Source: Bacteroidales bacterium (GTDB lineage: Bacteria > Bacteroidota > Bacteroidia > Bacteroidales > UBA7960). From it: a stretch of DNA of 63,161 bases. Of the stretch, positions 9,790 to 20,700 are shown one piece after another. Within the stretch, counting starts at the first letter, position 1. Each line of letters opens with the position of its first letter. The notes under the pieces were generated by a model. That model was not told where the DNA came from, ran no database searches, and saw only the letters and a program-made list of their open reading frames with translations. Where the stretch lies: NCBI GenBank assembly GCA_003560165.1, contig PWJC01000052.1:1-63161 (forward strand). The letters are read 5' to 3'. The translations under genes and the position numbers were made by a program.

Positions 9790-11052
9790 ATGACGGAACA
9801 AAACATGGAGGACATTCGTGACAAGCCCCTGGCAGGGATCAGGGTGCTGGAGCTGGCCAGTGTGCTGGCAGGCCCCAGCGTGGGCATGTTCTTCGCAGAA
9901 CTTGGAGCTACCGTACTCAAGGTAGAGAACGGATCGACCGATGGGGATGTTACCCGGAAGTGGAAGCTGGCGGCAGAACCTGCCGGCAGCGATATTTCGG
10001 CCTATTTTTCCTGTGTCAACTGGGGCAAATTGTCCTTTGCCGTTAATCTGTGCGAGGCCAAAGGCCTGGAACTTGTTTACCGCCTGGCCCGGCAGAGCGA
10101 TATCGTGCTGGTGAGCTACAAACCAGGGGACGCCGAAAAGCTGAAGGTTGACTATCCCACACTCCGGGCCCACAATGCCCGGCTGATCTACGCGCACATC
10201 ACCGGTTACGGACTGCACAATCCGCGGGCGGGCTTCGACGCCATCATCCAGGCAGAAAGCGGGTTTACCTATATGAACGGCGATCCATCAGGCCCCCCGA
10301 CCAAGATGCCGGTGGCCCTGATGGACGTTCTGGCTGCTCACCACCTGAAGGAGGCCATACTGCTGGCCCTGTTGCAGCGCGAACGCACCTCCAGGGGGCA
10401 ATACATCGAAGCCTCACTGCTTCGCGCCGGGCTGGCTTCGCTGGCCAACCAGGCAACCAACTGGCTGGTGGGGGGGAGCATACCCGGGCGAATGGGTTCC
10501 GACCACCCCAATATTGTGCCCTATGGCACCATTTACGACACCAGCGATAAAAAGGGCATCGTGGTCGCCGCCGGCACCGACAAACAATTCAGGGAGCTGG
10601 TAACCGCATTGGGGCGTCCCGCCCTGGCAACCGACCCCAGGTACGCCAAAAACCAGGACAGGGTAAAGAACAAGGCCGGGATCAACGCCATACTTCAGGA
10701 CCTCATAGGGCAGTATGGCAGGGAGGAGGTCTTGCAGCTGCTGTGGAGCAAACGCATTCCGGCAGGGGGTGTTTTCAATATGAAGGAGGTATTTGAGGTA
10801 CCTGAATCCCGTGAGATGCTGCTCGATGGCCGGTGCGCCGATGGCACAGCCATCAGGGGAGTAAGGTCCATTGCCTTCAGCACCGGAGAGCAGTGGGGCG
10901 GCAGCGGGCTTGCCCCCCCGCCCCACTATGGAGAACACACCCGGATGGTGCTGTCCGACTGGCTGGAGCTGCCCGACAAAGACATCGACGCCTTAATCAA
11001 ACAACAGGTGGTATATGCAAGAAAAAACACTTCAAGACCTGGTCCTCACTGA
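9790..11052 (+). CDS. CoA-transferase family III (CaiB/BaiF)
   Basis: PLAGIRVLELASVLAGP, GATVLKVE, ITGYG, GFDAIIQAESG with the catalytic Asp, HPNIVPYG, PPHYGEHT. Confidence 0.92.
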   Translation: MTEQNMEDIRDKPLAGIRVLELASVLAGPSVGMFFAELGATVLKVENGSTDGDVTRKWKLAAEPAGSDISAYFSCVNWGKLSFAVNLCEAKGLELVYRLARQSDIVLVSYKPGDAEKLKVDYPTLRAHNARLIYAHITGYGLHNPRAGFDAIIQAESGFTYMNGDPSGPPTKMPVALMDVLAAHHLKEAILLALLQRERTSRGQYIEASLLRAGLASLANQATNWLVGGSIPGRMGSDHPNIVPYGTIYDTSDKKGIVVAAGTDKQFRELVTALGRPALATDPRYAKNQDRVKNKAGINAILQDLIGQYGREEVLQLLWSKRIPAGGVFNMKEVFEVPESREMLLDGRCADGTAIRGVRSIAFSTGEQWGGSGLAPPPHYGEHTRMVLSDWLELPDKDIDALIKQQVVYARKNTSRPGPH

Positions 11053-12136
11053 CGGTTCCAGGCTGATCATCGAATCGCTGGCGCGTTCGGGGGCCGATGC
11101 CTTTATCTGCTATCCCATTACCCCGGCAAATCTTTTGTATCTCTACGGCAGCCAGCGCATGGAACTGATGCTGGCCGCACCCGACGAGATCACCACCCTG
11201 CAGTGGATGACGGGTCTGGCCGCCACCGGGAAACTGCCGGTCACGGCCACTTCCTTTCCCGGTTTTGCCCTAATGCTCGAATCCATCAACATGGCCTATA
11301 TGATGGAATTGCCCATGGTGATTGTATTGGTACAACGGCTCGGGCCGGCCACCGGAACAGCCACCTGCGGGGCCCAGGGCGACCTCCTCCTGCTGAGGGG
11401 TATGATATCGGGGGGGCATCCGGTACCCGTACTGGCCACGTCAAGCTTCAACGACTGCTGGACCCTGTCTGCCCGGGCAAGCGAGATCGCCGTGAGGCTC
11501 CGGACACCGGTGGTGCTGCTCACCTCGAAGGAGGAGGTCATGACACAGAAAAGCTTCGGGCTGTCTTCACTGGAAGAAATCAAGCCGGTTTCCCGTCCGC
11601 TCTACGACAAGGATGATCCTTACCAGTCATACAAAGCCGGACCAAAGGGAGTGCCTGATTTTTTGCCGGTGTCCCAAAACGTCCACCAGGTAAGGCTGAA
11701 TGCCTCCACCCACGATCAGCAGGGCAATCTTCAGCACTCCAGCGAAGAGGCCCTGTCGAACACCCGCAGGCTGGAGCACAAAGTGGTGCAACAGATGAAA
11801 GATTACCTGTTTTACGAACTCGACTCCCAGGACGGGGCAAACTCCCTGGTGCTTGCCTGCGGCATTACCGCAGCGGCCGCCAGGGAAGCGGTCGGCATGA
11901 TGCGCCGCGACGGGCACAGGGTTTCCCTGCTGGTACCCAAAACCCTGTTGCCGGTTCCTCAAACCTATCTTGAGATCATCGGCCTTTACTCCAGGGTAGT
12001 GATTGCAGAAGAAACCATGAACAATCAGTTGGGAGAGCTGCTTTTCGGCAGCAGCCGCCCCGCACACATCCGCTTTGCCGGAGGGCTGGGGAAGATGATC
12101 TCACCCCGGGAAATCATCAGGGAGGTAATGTCATGA
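11015..12136 (+). CDS. 2-oxoacid:ferredoxin oxidoreductase alpha subunit
   Basis: YPITP, DEI, TATSFPGFALMLE, VQRLGPATG, QGD; no N-terminal gamma domain. Confidence 0.85.
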   Translation: MQEKTLQDLVLTDGSRLIIESLARSGADAFICYPITPANLLYLYGSQRMELMLAAPDEITTLQWMTGLAATGKLPVTATSFPGFALMLESINMAYMMELPMVIVLVQRLGPATGTATCGAQGDLLLLRGMISGGHPVPVLATSSFNDCWTLSARASEIAVRLRTPVVLLTSKEEVMTQKSFGLSSLEEIKPVSRPLYDKDDPYQSYKAGPKGVPDFLPVSQNVHQVRLNASTHDQQGNLQHSSEEALSNTRRLEHKVVQQMKDYLFYELDSQDGANSLVLACGITAAAAREAVGMMRRDGHRVSLLVPKTLLPVPQTYLEIIGLYSRVVIAEETMNNQLGELLFGSSRPAHIRFAGGLGKMISPREIIREVMS

Positions 12137-13401
12137 CCAGACCAATGCTCAAAACAATGCCACTGCCCTATTGCAAGGGATGCGGGCACGACCTGATCGC
12201 CAAACACAGTGCCGCGGCGCTGGAGAAGCTGGGGTTCTACCCCCTTGATGTGATCCTGGTAACCGATATCGGTTGCCATGGCATCATCGACAAATGCATG
12301 AATACCCATACAGTACACGGGCTGCACGGGCGCTCCGGGGCCCTGGGAGCCGGCATCTCCTTCGGCCTGCAGGCTCCGGGGAAGAAAGTAGTGGTATTCA
12401 TAGGCGACGGGGGTGCCACCATCGGGCTGCAGCATATCATGGAGGCTGCCAGGCTGAACCTGGACATGAGTGTGGTGGTGCACAACAACATGTTGTACGG
12501 AATGACCGGTGGACAAACCAGTGGGCTCACCCCCCAGGGTTTCCGTACCACCACCTCCTTCGAAGGCAACCCCTATGCGGGCTATGACATCTGCAAGATG
12601 AGCCACACAGCCGGGGCCACATACGTGGCCAGGGTGCTGGGGATCGGCGACATCAGCGGCGACTTGGCCAAAGTCTTTGGCCAGAAAGGGTTTTCACTGA
12701 TCGAGGTCATGGAAATATGCCCCAGTTACGGAGTCAAACTGAATCCCGGCCGGAAACTGGCCGAGGTGGTGAAAAGTGCCGGCAGGGAAACCGGGGTATG
12801 GACCGGTTCCAGGGAGGATTTTTCGCACCGCCAGGGCAAAAAATCCGGCGACCTGCTGTCGGAGGTCTCGGGTATCGCCAAAGGATCGGAGCACCGGCTG
12901 AAAAACCCGCTTTCGATTGTGATCAGCGGATCGGCCGGAGAGGGCGTGCAGCTTGCGGCAACCCTCCTGGCCAAAGCTTCCATCAGCTCCGGCCTGCAGG
13001 TGACACAGAAGGGAAGTTACCCGGTTACGGTGGGTGTGGGATTTTCCACGGCTGAGCTGAACCTGTCGCCCGGGCCCATCCATTTTCACGGCATCGACAC
13101 GCCCGATCTGGCCATTATCACCTCCGAAGACGGTCTGAACCACAACCGCAAGCGCATCATGGCCATGCAGCAGGGCAGCCTGCTGATCGATTCGGGCCTC
13201 GCTGTCCCCGAAACCTCAGCGCGGGTGATCCGTCGCGATTTCCGCAGCGTGGGCGCGAGAAACGCCGCCATTTGTGCTGTTCTTTATTTCGCCCGACAGT
13301 TTGGAGTTCTCACCGAAGAAATCCTTTTGCACATCATGGAGCAGGAAGGCAAGGCCGCCAAGCTGCCCATTGAAAAAATCCGCCAGGTAATTGAAAGCTG
13401 A
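12133..13401 (+). CDS. 2-oxoacid:ferredoxin oxidoreductase beta subunit fused to a gamma domain
   Basis: YCKGCGH, DIGC, TPP motif GDGG...NNMLYGMTGGQ, EICPSY; C-terminal SGSAGEGVQLAA gamma-domain motif; ATGA overlap with the alpha gene. Confidence 0.87.
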   Translation: MTRPMLKTMPLPYCKGCGHDLIAKHSAAALEKLGFYPLDVILVTDIGCHGIIDKCMNTHTVHGLHGRSGALGAGISFGLQAPGKKVVVFIGDGGATIGLQHIMEAARLNLDMSVVVHNNMLYGMTGGQTSGLTPQGFRTTTSFEGNPYAGYDICKMSHTAGATYVARVLGIGDISGDLAKVFGQKGFSLIEVMEICPSYGVKLNPGRKLAEVVKSAGRETGVWTGSREDFSHRQGKKSGDLLSEVSGIAKGSEHRLKNPLSIVISGSAGEGVQLAATLLAKASISSGLQVTQKGSYPVTVGVGFSTAELNLSPGPIHFHGIDTPDLAIITSEDGLNHNRKRIMAMQQGSLLIDSGLAVPETSARVIRRDFRSVGARNAAICAVLYFARQFGVLTEEILLHIMEQEGKAAKLPIEKIRQVIES

Positions 13402-13428
13402 TTGGCTGGCAATGCGACCCGCCCCCCA

Positions 13429-14325
13429 TCATGGGGCAACCCTTCCCTTGTCGAGCAGGATGCGCAGATCGTCCATCTCCTTTGATTTGAGGCGATCGCC
13501 GCCTCTCTGGTAAGCAACGGCCAGGTTGGCAAGCATGCGCATGATGATGTCGGTGTTGGTGCAGGGGACAAAATAGTCAGGCAGGGGCTCCAGCTTCAGC
13601 TTTGCCAGAAAAACGTTGATCTCCCTTGTCGAGAATACCCCACCCCCGCTAAAGGCATTGATGTAAAACAGGGCAACTTCACCTTCTGCACGACTGCTGC
13701 CGGGGTCAGAGGCCCTGCCCATATAGGCCAGCACAAAATGCTCCGGCAAGTTGATGCCGGCAACGGGCAGCTCCAGGCTTCGGGCCACCAGCATGTAAAT
13801 GATGCCTATGCTCAAGGGGTTGCCTTTTCGGGTTTCCAGCACCCGGTTCAGCAACGAATTGCCGGGGTCGTGATAATCTTCGATGTTTCCCTGAAAACCA
13901 TGCTGGCCATAAAATACATGGTTAAACACCTTGATCTGCTCCAAAGCGGTAAGGTTCTGGTTCAGTTCCAGCCACACATCCCTGCGGATCCGGTTGATCG
14001 CGTCCCGGGCAAATTGCGCATCGGCCAATGGTTGGTGGTATTGTGTGAGCAGCAGCCAGGCCTCCAGCAAACCCTGCCCCCCATGCTGAACCCATTGGCC
14101 CAGGTTTGCGGCCAGCATATCGTAACGGATATCCCGGAGGATGCGTTCCAGGCGATCGCGCAGGAGCCCGCTGGATTGCTCCATCAGGGCCTCTTCCAGA
14201 AAGGGTACGGCCATACCCGACAACTGCCTGAATTTCAAAGAAACCTCCCTGAACACTTCCGGGCTGGGATCGTCGGCCAGACTTAGCAGGGCCTTTATCT
14301 CGCGTTGGCTTGTTCCGGTTTGCAT
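13429..14325 (-). CDS. SirB1 / transglutaminase-like domain protein
   Basis: ALLSLADD, FQGNIEDYHDPGNSLLNRVLETRKGNPLS, GINLPEHFVL, FYINAFSGG. Confidence 0.8.
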   Translation of the reverse strand: MQTGTSQREIKALLSLADDPSPEVFREVSLKFRQLSGMAVPFLEEALMEQSSGLLRDRLERILRDIRYDMLAANLGQWVQHGGQGLLEAWLLLTQYHQPLADAQFARDAINRIRRDVWLELNQNLTALEQIKVFNHVFYGQHGFQGNIEDYHDPGNSLLNRVLETRKGNPLSIGIIYMLVARSLELPVAGINLPEHFVLAYMGRASDPGSSRAEGEVALFYINAFSGGGVFSTREINVFLAKLKLEPLPDYFVPCTNTDIIMRMLANLAVAYQRGGDRLKSKEMDDLRILLDKGRVAP

Positions 14326-14381
14326 CAGATGGCTTTGGTTCAGTGGTGTAGGATCGTGACGACCTGTCCCGGGGCCGATCC

Positions 14382-15269
14382 TCAGTGCCGGGCAGCGGCC
14401 GCCACAATGCGCTCAAGTACAAGGCGGATCATATCGGCCACCGGGGTCTTGTAATCTTTGCTGTATTCTTTCCGGACACGGTTGGCAATGATAGCGCAAA
14501 CCGTGAGGGCTTGGTGCCCCAGGATCCGGGCCAGTGCATACAGGGCGGAGGTCTCCATCTCGAAATTGGTAATGCGGTGCCCCCCGAATTCGAAGTTCTC
14601 AATGGCCTGGTTCAGCGAGGGGAAAGCCAGGGGAATGCGCAACTCCCTTCCCTGGGGGCCGAAAAACCCATTGGCCGTAGCCGTAATACCCTGGGCCAGC
14701 CCCCCGGCCAATTGCTTCATCAGGCGTTCGGAAGCTCCGACAATATATGGGTATGGCAAACGGGCATCCCATCCGGTATGGGCCGCAAAGGCAGCCTCCA
14801 TATCGGTTTCTGTGAGTGCTGCATCGTGACTGTAAAAATGAAGCAATCCGTCAAAACCCAGTCCGTAGCGGGATGCCACAAAGCTGTCTACAGCAATGTC
14901 GGGCTGGAGCGCCCCGGAGGTACCCAGGCGGATGATATCCAGAGAAGTGTGTTTTTCCTTGTCGACGCGGCTCCCCAGGTCGATATTGACCAGGGCATCC
15001 AGTTCATTGAGTACGATGTCGATGTTGTCGGTACCGATCCCGGTAGACATGACGGTGATCCGGTGGTTGTCAAAAACTCCGGTATGGGTAAGGAATTCGC
15101 GATTCTGTACGCGGACTTCCACCTTGCTGAAGTGCTTCGATACCTCGGCCACCCGTTGCTGATCGCCTACCAGGATAACCGTACCGGCCACCTGCCCCGG
15201 CTGCAGTTTCAGGTGATAGATGCTGCCGTCAGGGTTGACGATCAATTCCGATTCCATGTATTTCCGCAT
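14382..15269 (-). CDS. Nucleoside phosphorylase (uridine phosphorylase-like, PNP_UDP_1)
   Basis: SELIVNPDGSIYHL, LVGDQQRV, STGIGTDNIDIV, RLGTSGALQ, FFGPQGR, NFEMET; ATG at 15269 chosen. Confidence 0.9.
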   Translation of the reverse strand: MRKYMESELIVNPDGSIYHLKLQPGQVAGTVILVGDQQRVAEVSKHFSKVEVRVQNREFLTHTGVFDNHRITVMSTGIGTDNIDIVLNELDALVNIDLGSRVDKEKHTSLDIIRLGTSGALQPDIAVDSFVASRYGLGFDGLLHFYSHDAALTETDMEAAFAAHTGWDARLPYPYIVGASERLMKQLAGGLAQGITATANGFFGPQGRELRIPLAFPSLNQAIENFEFGGHRITNFEMETSALYALARILGHQALTVCAIIANRVRKEYSKDYKTPVADMIRLVLERIVAAAARH

Positions 15270-15303
15270 GTATGACTGTCGTTTGATCAGTGACGTAAAC
15301 AAA

Positions 15304-15368
15304 CAAAAATATCAATAATTAAAATAATTACCTAATGCCGGGCTAATCGGCCATAATCATTAATTTTG
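15304..15368. promoter_or_regulatory. Back-to-back -7 promoter motifs for the divergent nucleoside phosphorylase and cinA genes
   Basis: TATTTTTG on minus (15304-15311) and TAATTTTG on plus (15361-15368) in an AT-rich spacer. Confidence 0.6.
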
Positions 15369-15380
15369 AATAAAAAAAAG

Positions 15381-16658
15381 ATGGAGGCCCACATCATTTC
15401 GATTGGCGAAGAATTGCTTCTTGGGAAAACCGTCAATACCAATGCCGCATGGATCGCATCACAGCTCGACCAGCGCGGCATCGCCACCAGGGCCATCACA
15501 TCCGTTGCCGATTCTCATGAAGAAATTCTGCGCTGCGTGGACCAGGCCGCCTCCGGGGCCGGGCTCATCCTGATCACAGGCGGGCTGGGCCCCACCCGCG
15601 ACGACGTGACCAGGCACGCCCTCTGTGAATACTTCGGATCGTCATTGCATATCGACCATCAGGTTCTTGAAGACATCCGGCTTTTCCTTAAAAAACGCGG
15701 AAGGCAGCTCCGTGAACTTAACCACCGGCAGGCCCTGGTGCCCCGCGACGCAAAGGTGATCCGAAACCCCCATGGCACCGCCCCGGGGCTTTGGTTCACC
15801 AACCGGGGCAAGCATTTTATTGCCATGCCAGGGGTGCCCCACGAAATGAGCTGGATGATGCAACACAGGGTATTGCCCGATTTGAAAAGCCTGGTTCCGC
15901 AGCAAAGCATCCTGCACAAAACCTTGCTGACCCACGGCATAGGCGAATCGGACCTGTCGGAGAAGCTGAGCATTTGGGAGAGCGGGCTTCCGCCCGGGAT
16001 CAGGCTGGCCTATCTTCCCGACCTGGGCATTGTCAGGCTGCGTCTCACAGCCAGAGGGAAGGAAAGGGACCAACTCCTCAGGGAAATGGACGAACAGATC
16101 CGCAAGCTGGAAAAATGCATACCAGGGCAGATCTATGCTGTTGACCACCAGACCCTGGAAGGTGTGGCCGGAGAGCTGCTGGGGGGCCATGGGCATAGGC
16201 TGGCCGTTGCCGAGAGTTGCACAGGGGGCTACCTGGCGCACAGGATAACCGGCATTGCGGGCAGCTCTGCCTATTTCATTGGCGGGGTGGTAGCCTACGA
16301 TAACCGGGTAAAGCAAGACTTGCTCAATGTCTGCGCTGACAGGCTGAGAAGCAGTGGGGCTGTGAGTGGCGAAGTGGCCGAAGACATGGCCCTGGGAGTA
16401 GCAAAAAGACTGGGAGCTACCCACGCCATAGGCATAACCGGCATTGCAGGACCCGGTGGCGGAAACAGGGAAAAGCCAGTGGGCACCACTTGGATCGCCG
16501 TCTCGGGCAAAGCGGGGGTGACCTGCCGTAAATTCCTTTTCGCAGACAACAGGCAACGCAACATCGTAAGGGCCGCCAACTCAGCCCTGGCCATGCTGAT
16601 CGACTGCCTGAAAGAAGAGGCACAGAAAGGCTGTTTTTCAACCACCGGATCGGCTTGA
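15381..16658 (+). CDS. cinA: CinA family protein (molybdopterin-binding-like domain plus NMN deamidase PncC domain)
   Basis: IGEELLLG, NTNA, TGGLGPTRDDVT, GTAPG, MPGVPHEM, AESCTGG, GAVS, TGIAGPGGG, KPVGT. Confidence 0.93.
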   Translation: MEAHIISIGEELLLGKTVNTNAAWIASQLDQRGIATRAITSVADSHEEILRCVDQAASGAGLILITGGLGPTRDDVTRHALCEYFGSSLHIDHQVLEDIRLFLKKRGRQLRELNHRQALVPRDAKVIRNPHGTAPGLWFTNRGKHFIAMPGVPHEMSWMMQHRVLPDLKSLVPQQSILHKTLLTHGIGESDLSEKLSIWESGLPPGIRLAYLPDLGIVRLRLTARGKERDQLLREMDEQIRKLEKCIPGQIYAVDHQTLEGVAGELLGGHGHRLAVAESCTGGYLAHRITGIAGSSAYFIGGVVAYDNRVKQDLLNVCADRLRSSGAVSGEVAEDMALGVAKRLGATHAIGITGIAGPGGGNREKPVGTTWIAVSGKAGVTCRKFLFADNRQRNIVRAANSALAMLIDCLKEEAQKGCFSTTGSA

Positions 16659-16683
16659 TTGCTAAAACCCAACACAAAATACC

Positions 16684-17706
16684 ATGGTTCAACGAAAAAA
16701 GATCACCACCCTCACCGAATTCATCATCAAGCGGCAATCGGAGTATCCCCATGCCAAGGGGGCCATGACCCGGCTGCTCAACGACATTGCCACCGCAGCC
16801 AAGATTGTCAACCGCGAGATCAATGCCGCCGGACTGGTGGATATACTGGGCACCGTCGGCAAGGAGAACGTCCAGGGCGAGACCCAGAAAAAACTCGACG
16901 TGTTTGCCAATGAGATGTTTATCGGAGCTCTCAAGGGCGGGGGCGAATGCTGTGCCATCGCTTCGGAAGAGAACGAAAAGGTCATTTCTTTCAGCAGCGA
17001 CTTTGCAGAACTCGGAAAATACGTAGTAGCCATCGATCCCCTCGACGGCAGTTCAAACATCGAGGCAAACGTGTCGATCGGCACCATTTTCTCCATTTAC
17101 CGCAGGCTGTCGGAAACGGGAGGCGGCACCCAGGAAGACCTGCTCCAGCCCGGCATCCACCTTGCTGCCGCCGGCTATGTGATATACGGGTCTTCGACCA
17201 TGCTGGTTTACACCACCGGCAAAGGGGTCAATGGGTTTACCCTCGACCCCTCGGTCGGGATCTTCTGTTTGTCTCACCCCGACATGATGTTCCCCGAAAC
17301 GGCCAATATCTATTCGGTCAATGAGGGGAATTACATCCATTTTCCGCAAGGGGTAAAAAAGTACATCAAGTTTTGCCAGGAACACGACAGGGAAACTCTC
17401 AGGCCTTACACCTCCAGATATATCGGCTCGCTGGTGGCCGACTTCCACAGGAACCTCATCAAGGGGGGAATTTTTCTCTATCCCGGCACGACCAAAAACC
17501 CAAATGGCAAGCTTCGCCTGCTCTACGAATGCAACCCCATCGCCTATATTGCCGAGCAGGCGGGCGGGAAGGCCACAAACGGAGAACAGCGCATCCTCGA
17601 AGTACTACCCAGGACTCTGCACCAGCGCGCCCCCTTTTATGCAGGCCCCCGATGGATGGTAGACAAAGTGGAGTGGTATTTGAGAGAATTCCCCGATAAA
17701 ACCTGA
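16684..17706 (+). CDS. fbp: Fructose-1,6-bisphosphatase class 1
   Basis: [48 protein letters not shown]. Confidence 0.97.
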   Translation: MVQRKKITTLTEFIIKRQSEYPHAKGAMTRLLNDIATAAKIVNREINAAGLVDILGTVGKENVQGETQKKLDVFANEMFIGALKGGGECCAIASEENEKVISFSSDFAELGKYVVAIDPLDGSSNIEANVSIGTIFSIYRRLSETGGGTQEDLLQPGIHLAAAGYVIYGSSTMLVYTTGKGVNGFTLDPSVGIFCLSHPDMMFPETANIYSVNEGNYIHFPQGVKKYIKFCQEHDRETLRPYTSRYIGSLVADFHRNLIKGGIFLYPGTTKNPNGKLRLLYECNPIAYIAEQAGGKATNGEQRILEVLPRTLHQRAPFYAGPRWMVDKVEWYLREFPDKT

Positions 17707-17713
17707 CTCTGAT

Positions 17714-20700
17714 TTGAAAACCGAAGGATTTGTTCAGCTTTTTGCCAGGGGCAGCACGGTAAAAAAACTCACCGCATACCTCCGGGCGGCCCCGCCCGCA
17801 ACCCTGTCGCTCCAAGGTTTGTCGGGGTCGGCCGCCCCCGTGATGGCTGCCGCCAGCCTGCAGGCGGTAAGCAAGCCCTGCCTTTTCATCCTTTCGGACA
17901 AAGAAACGGCAGCCTATTTTTTCAATGACTTGGAAAACCTGCTGGGAGAAAAAGAGAAAAGCTATGAGAGCCGGAATTCCTTTTTCTTCCCTGCCTCCCT
18001 GAAAAAGCCTTTTCACCCCTCGGCCGGGCCCGACAAGGCAGGGGCCCTCCTCCGGTCGGAAGTACTCACCAGGCTGGCTTCGGAACACAAGGGAAGCCTG
18101 GTGGTCACTTATCCCGAAGCCCTTTGCGAAAAAGTCATCCCCCTCAGGGAACTGAAAAAACAAAGTCTCACGCTGCAAAGGGGCGATCAGCTGTCTGTAG
18201 ACTTTCTGATGGACATACTCCTTGAATATGGCTTTGAACATGTAGATTTCGTGGTGGAGCCCGGGCAGTTCTCCGTCAGGGGCGGCATCATCGATGTGTT
18301 CTCCTTTTCCAATGATCATCCCTACCGTATCGAGATCATGGGCCAACAGGCAGAGAGCCTCCGCTCCTTCAATACCGAAACCCAGCTTTCACTGAAGATG
18401 CATGAGCGCATCAGCATACTGCCCGACATCGGCGTCATGACCGCAGATACCCCGTCGATGGAATTCCTGCTCGACTCCATGCCCCGCAATACCCTGGTGT
18501 GGATCGAAGATACGAACTGGTGCCTGGAAGTGGTCGGGAAGGCATTTGAAGACGGCCTTGCCGCTGAGGGCGGATTTGCTTCGGCCGGGCAACTCCTGGA
18601 AGCCCTGAAAAAGCGGAGGGTGGTCGAATTCCGGAAGGCCATGCTGTCAAAAGAAAACGGGCATACCCTGACATTCAACTGCTCGCCCCAGCCCAATTTC
18701 AACAAGCAGTTCGAAATGCTGCTTCAAAAGCTTGAAAATAATTCGGCAGAAGGAACCCGGAATGTCCTCCTTTTCGATACCCCCTCGCAGGTTAACCGCA
18801 TACGCAGCATATTCGACTCCCTCCTTTCCACGGCAGGCAAAAGGCAGGAGTTGCCCTACCATGCCATGCTCATGACATTGCATGCCGGGTTTACCGACCA
18901 CGAACTGGGCATTGCCTGCTACACCGACCACCAAATCTTTGACCGTTACCACCGGTACCGGATCAGGGACAAATTCCCCGGGAAGCAGGCCCTGAGTATC
19001 CAGTCGTTGTACAAACTCAAACCCGGCGACTATGTGACACATATCGACCATGGCATCGGGGTGTTCAGCGGACTGGAAAAGATCGAGGTACACGGCAGGT
19101 TGCAGGAAGCCATTCGGCTGATTTACAAAAACAACGACATATTGTACGTGAGCATCCACAGCCTGCACCGGATCTCCAAATACAGCGGCAGGGAAGGGGC
19201 AGAGCCTGCGCTGCACCGTCTGGGATCCAATGCGTGGAACAGGCTGAAAAGCCGGACCAAGAAAAAGGTCAAAGACATAGCAAAAGACCTGATTGCCCTC
19301 TATGCCAAACGCAGGGCCCGCAAAGGTCATGCATTCCCCCCCGACAATTACCTTCAGCACGAGCTTGAAGCATCCTTCGTTTATGAAGACACCCCCGATC
19401 AGGAAAAAGCGACCACAGACGTCAAAAAAGACATGGAGTCGCCCTGCCCCATGGACCGCCTCATCTGCGGCGATGTGGGCTTTGGCAAAACCGAAGTGGC
19501 AATCCGGGCAGCCTTCAAGGCCGTTTGCGACTCCAGGCAGGTGGCCGTGCTGGTGCCCACAACCATCCTGGCCCTGCAGCACTATTATACCTTCAAGGAG
19601 CGGCTCAGGGACTTTCCGTGCAAGGTGGATTATGTGAGTCGCTTCCGCTCTGTCCGCGACCGGAAAGCCGCCCTCGCAGGAGCAAGTGGCGGCAGCGTCG
19701 ATATTTTGATCGGGACTCACCGGCTGCTGGGCAAGGATGTCAGATTCAAGGACCTGGGTCTGCTGATTGTTGACGAAGAACAAAAGTTCGGGGTTACCTC
19801 CAAGGAAAAACTGAAACAGCTGAGGGTAGATGTCGACACCCTTACCCTGACCGCCACACCCATCCCCCGCACCCTGCAGTTCTCGCTGATGGGTGCCCGC
19901 GACCTTTCCTACATCAATACCCCGCCCCCCAACAGGTATCCCATCATTACCGAACTGCATTCGTTCAACGAAGACCTGATCAGGGACGCCATCGTGAATG
20001 AGGTTTCCAGGGGAGGGCAGGTATTCTTTGTTCACAACCGGGTACAGAACATCCGCGAGGTAGCCGCCATTGTCGGGCGGGTGTGCCCCGGCACCAGGAT
20101 CGCCATCGGCCACGGACAGCTGGAAGGCAATACCCTTGAAAAGGTGATGGTCGACTTTGTCAACGGCGAATACGACGTGCTGGTATCTACCACCATCATC
20201 GAGTCGGGGCTGGACATCCCAAATGCCAACACCATCATCATCAACAACGCCCATCATTTCGGGCTGAGCGACCTGCATCAGATGCGCGGCCGCGTGGGGC
20301 GTACCAACAGAAAAGCCTATTGTTACCTGCTGTCCCCCCCCATGAGCACCCTTACCGACGAAGCACGCAAGCGGTTGAGGGCCATTGAGGAATTCTCCGA
20401 ACTGGGCAGTGGTTTCAATATCGCCATGCGCGACCTCGACATCAGGGGGGCAGGCAACCTTTTGGGGGCCGAACAAAGCGGCTTCATCAGCGAAGTTGGC
20501 CTGGACACCTATCACAAAATACTGGATGAAGCAGTTCAGGAACTAAAGGACACCGAGTTCAGGGATTTGTTTGCCGACAAAGCCCCAGCGCCTGAAAAGG
20601 GGAGAAAGGAATGCCAGCTGGAAACAGACCTGGAACTGATGATTCCCAGCGACTACGTGACCAATACCGAAGAGAGGCTGCAGCTCTACAAGGAACTGGA

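Noticed and set aside
18647-20515. Long antisense ORFs (also 399-1682, 8110-9324, 24185-25585, 49387-50577, 52787-54454)
   Set aside because: Shadow frames of GC-rich genes with clear family motifs; they have no recognisable motifs of their own.
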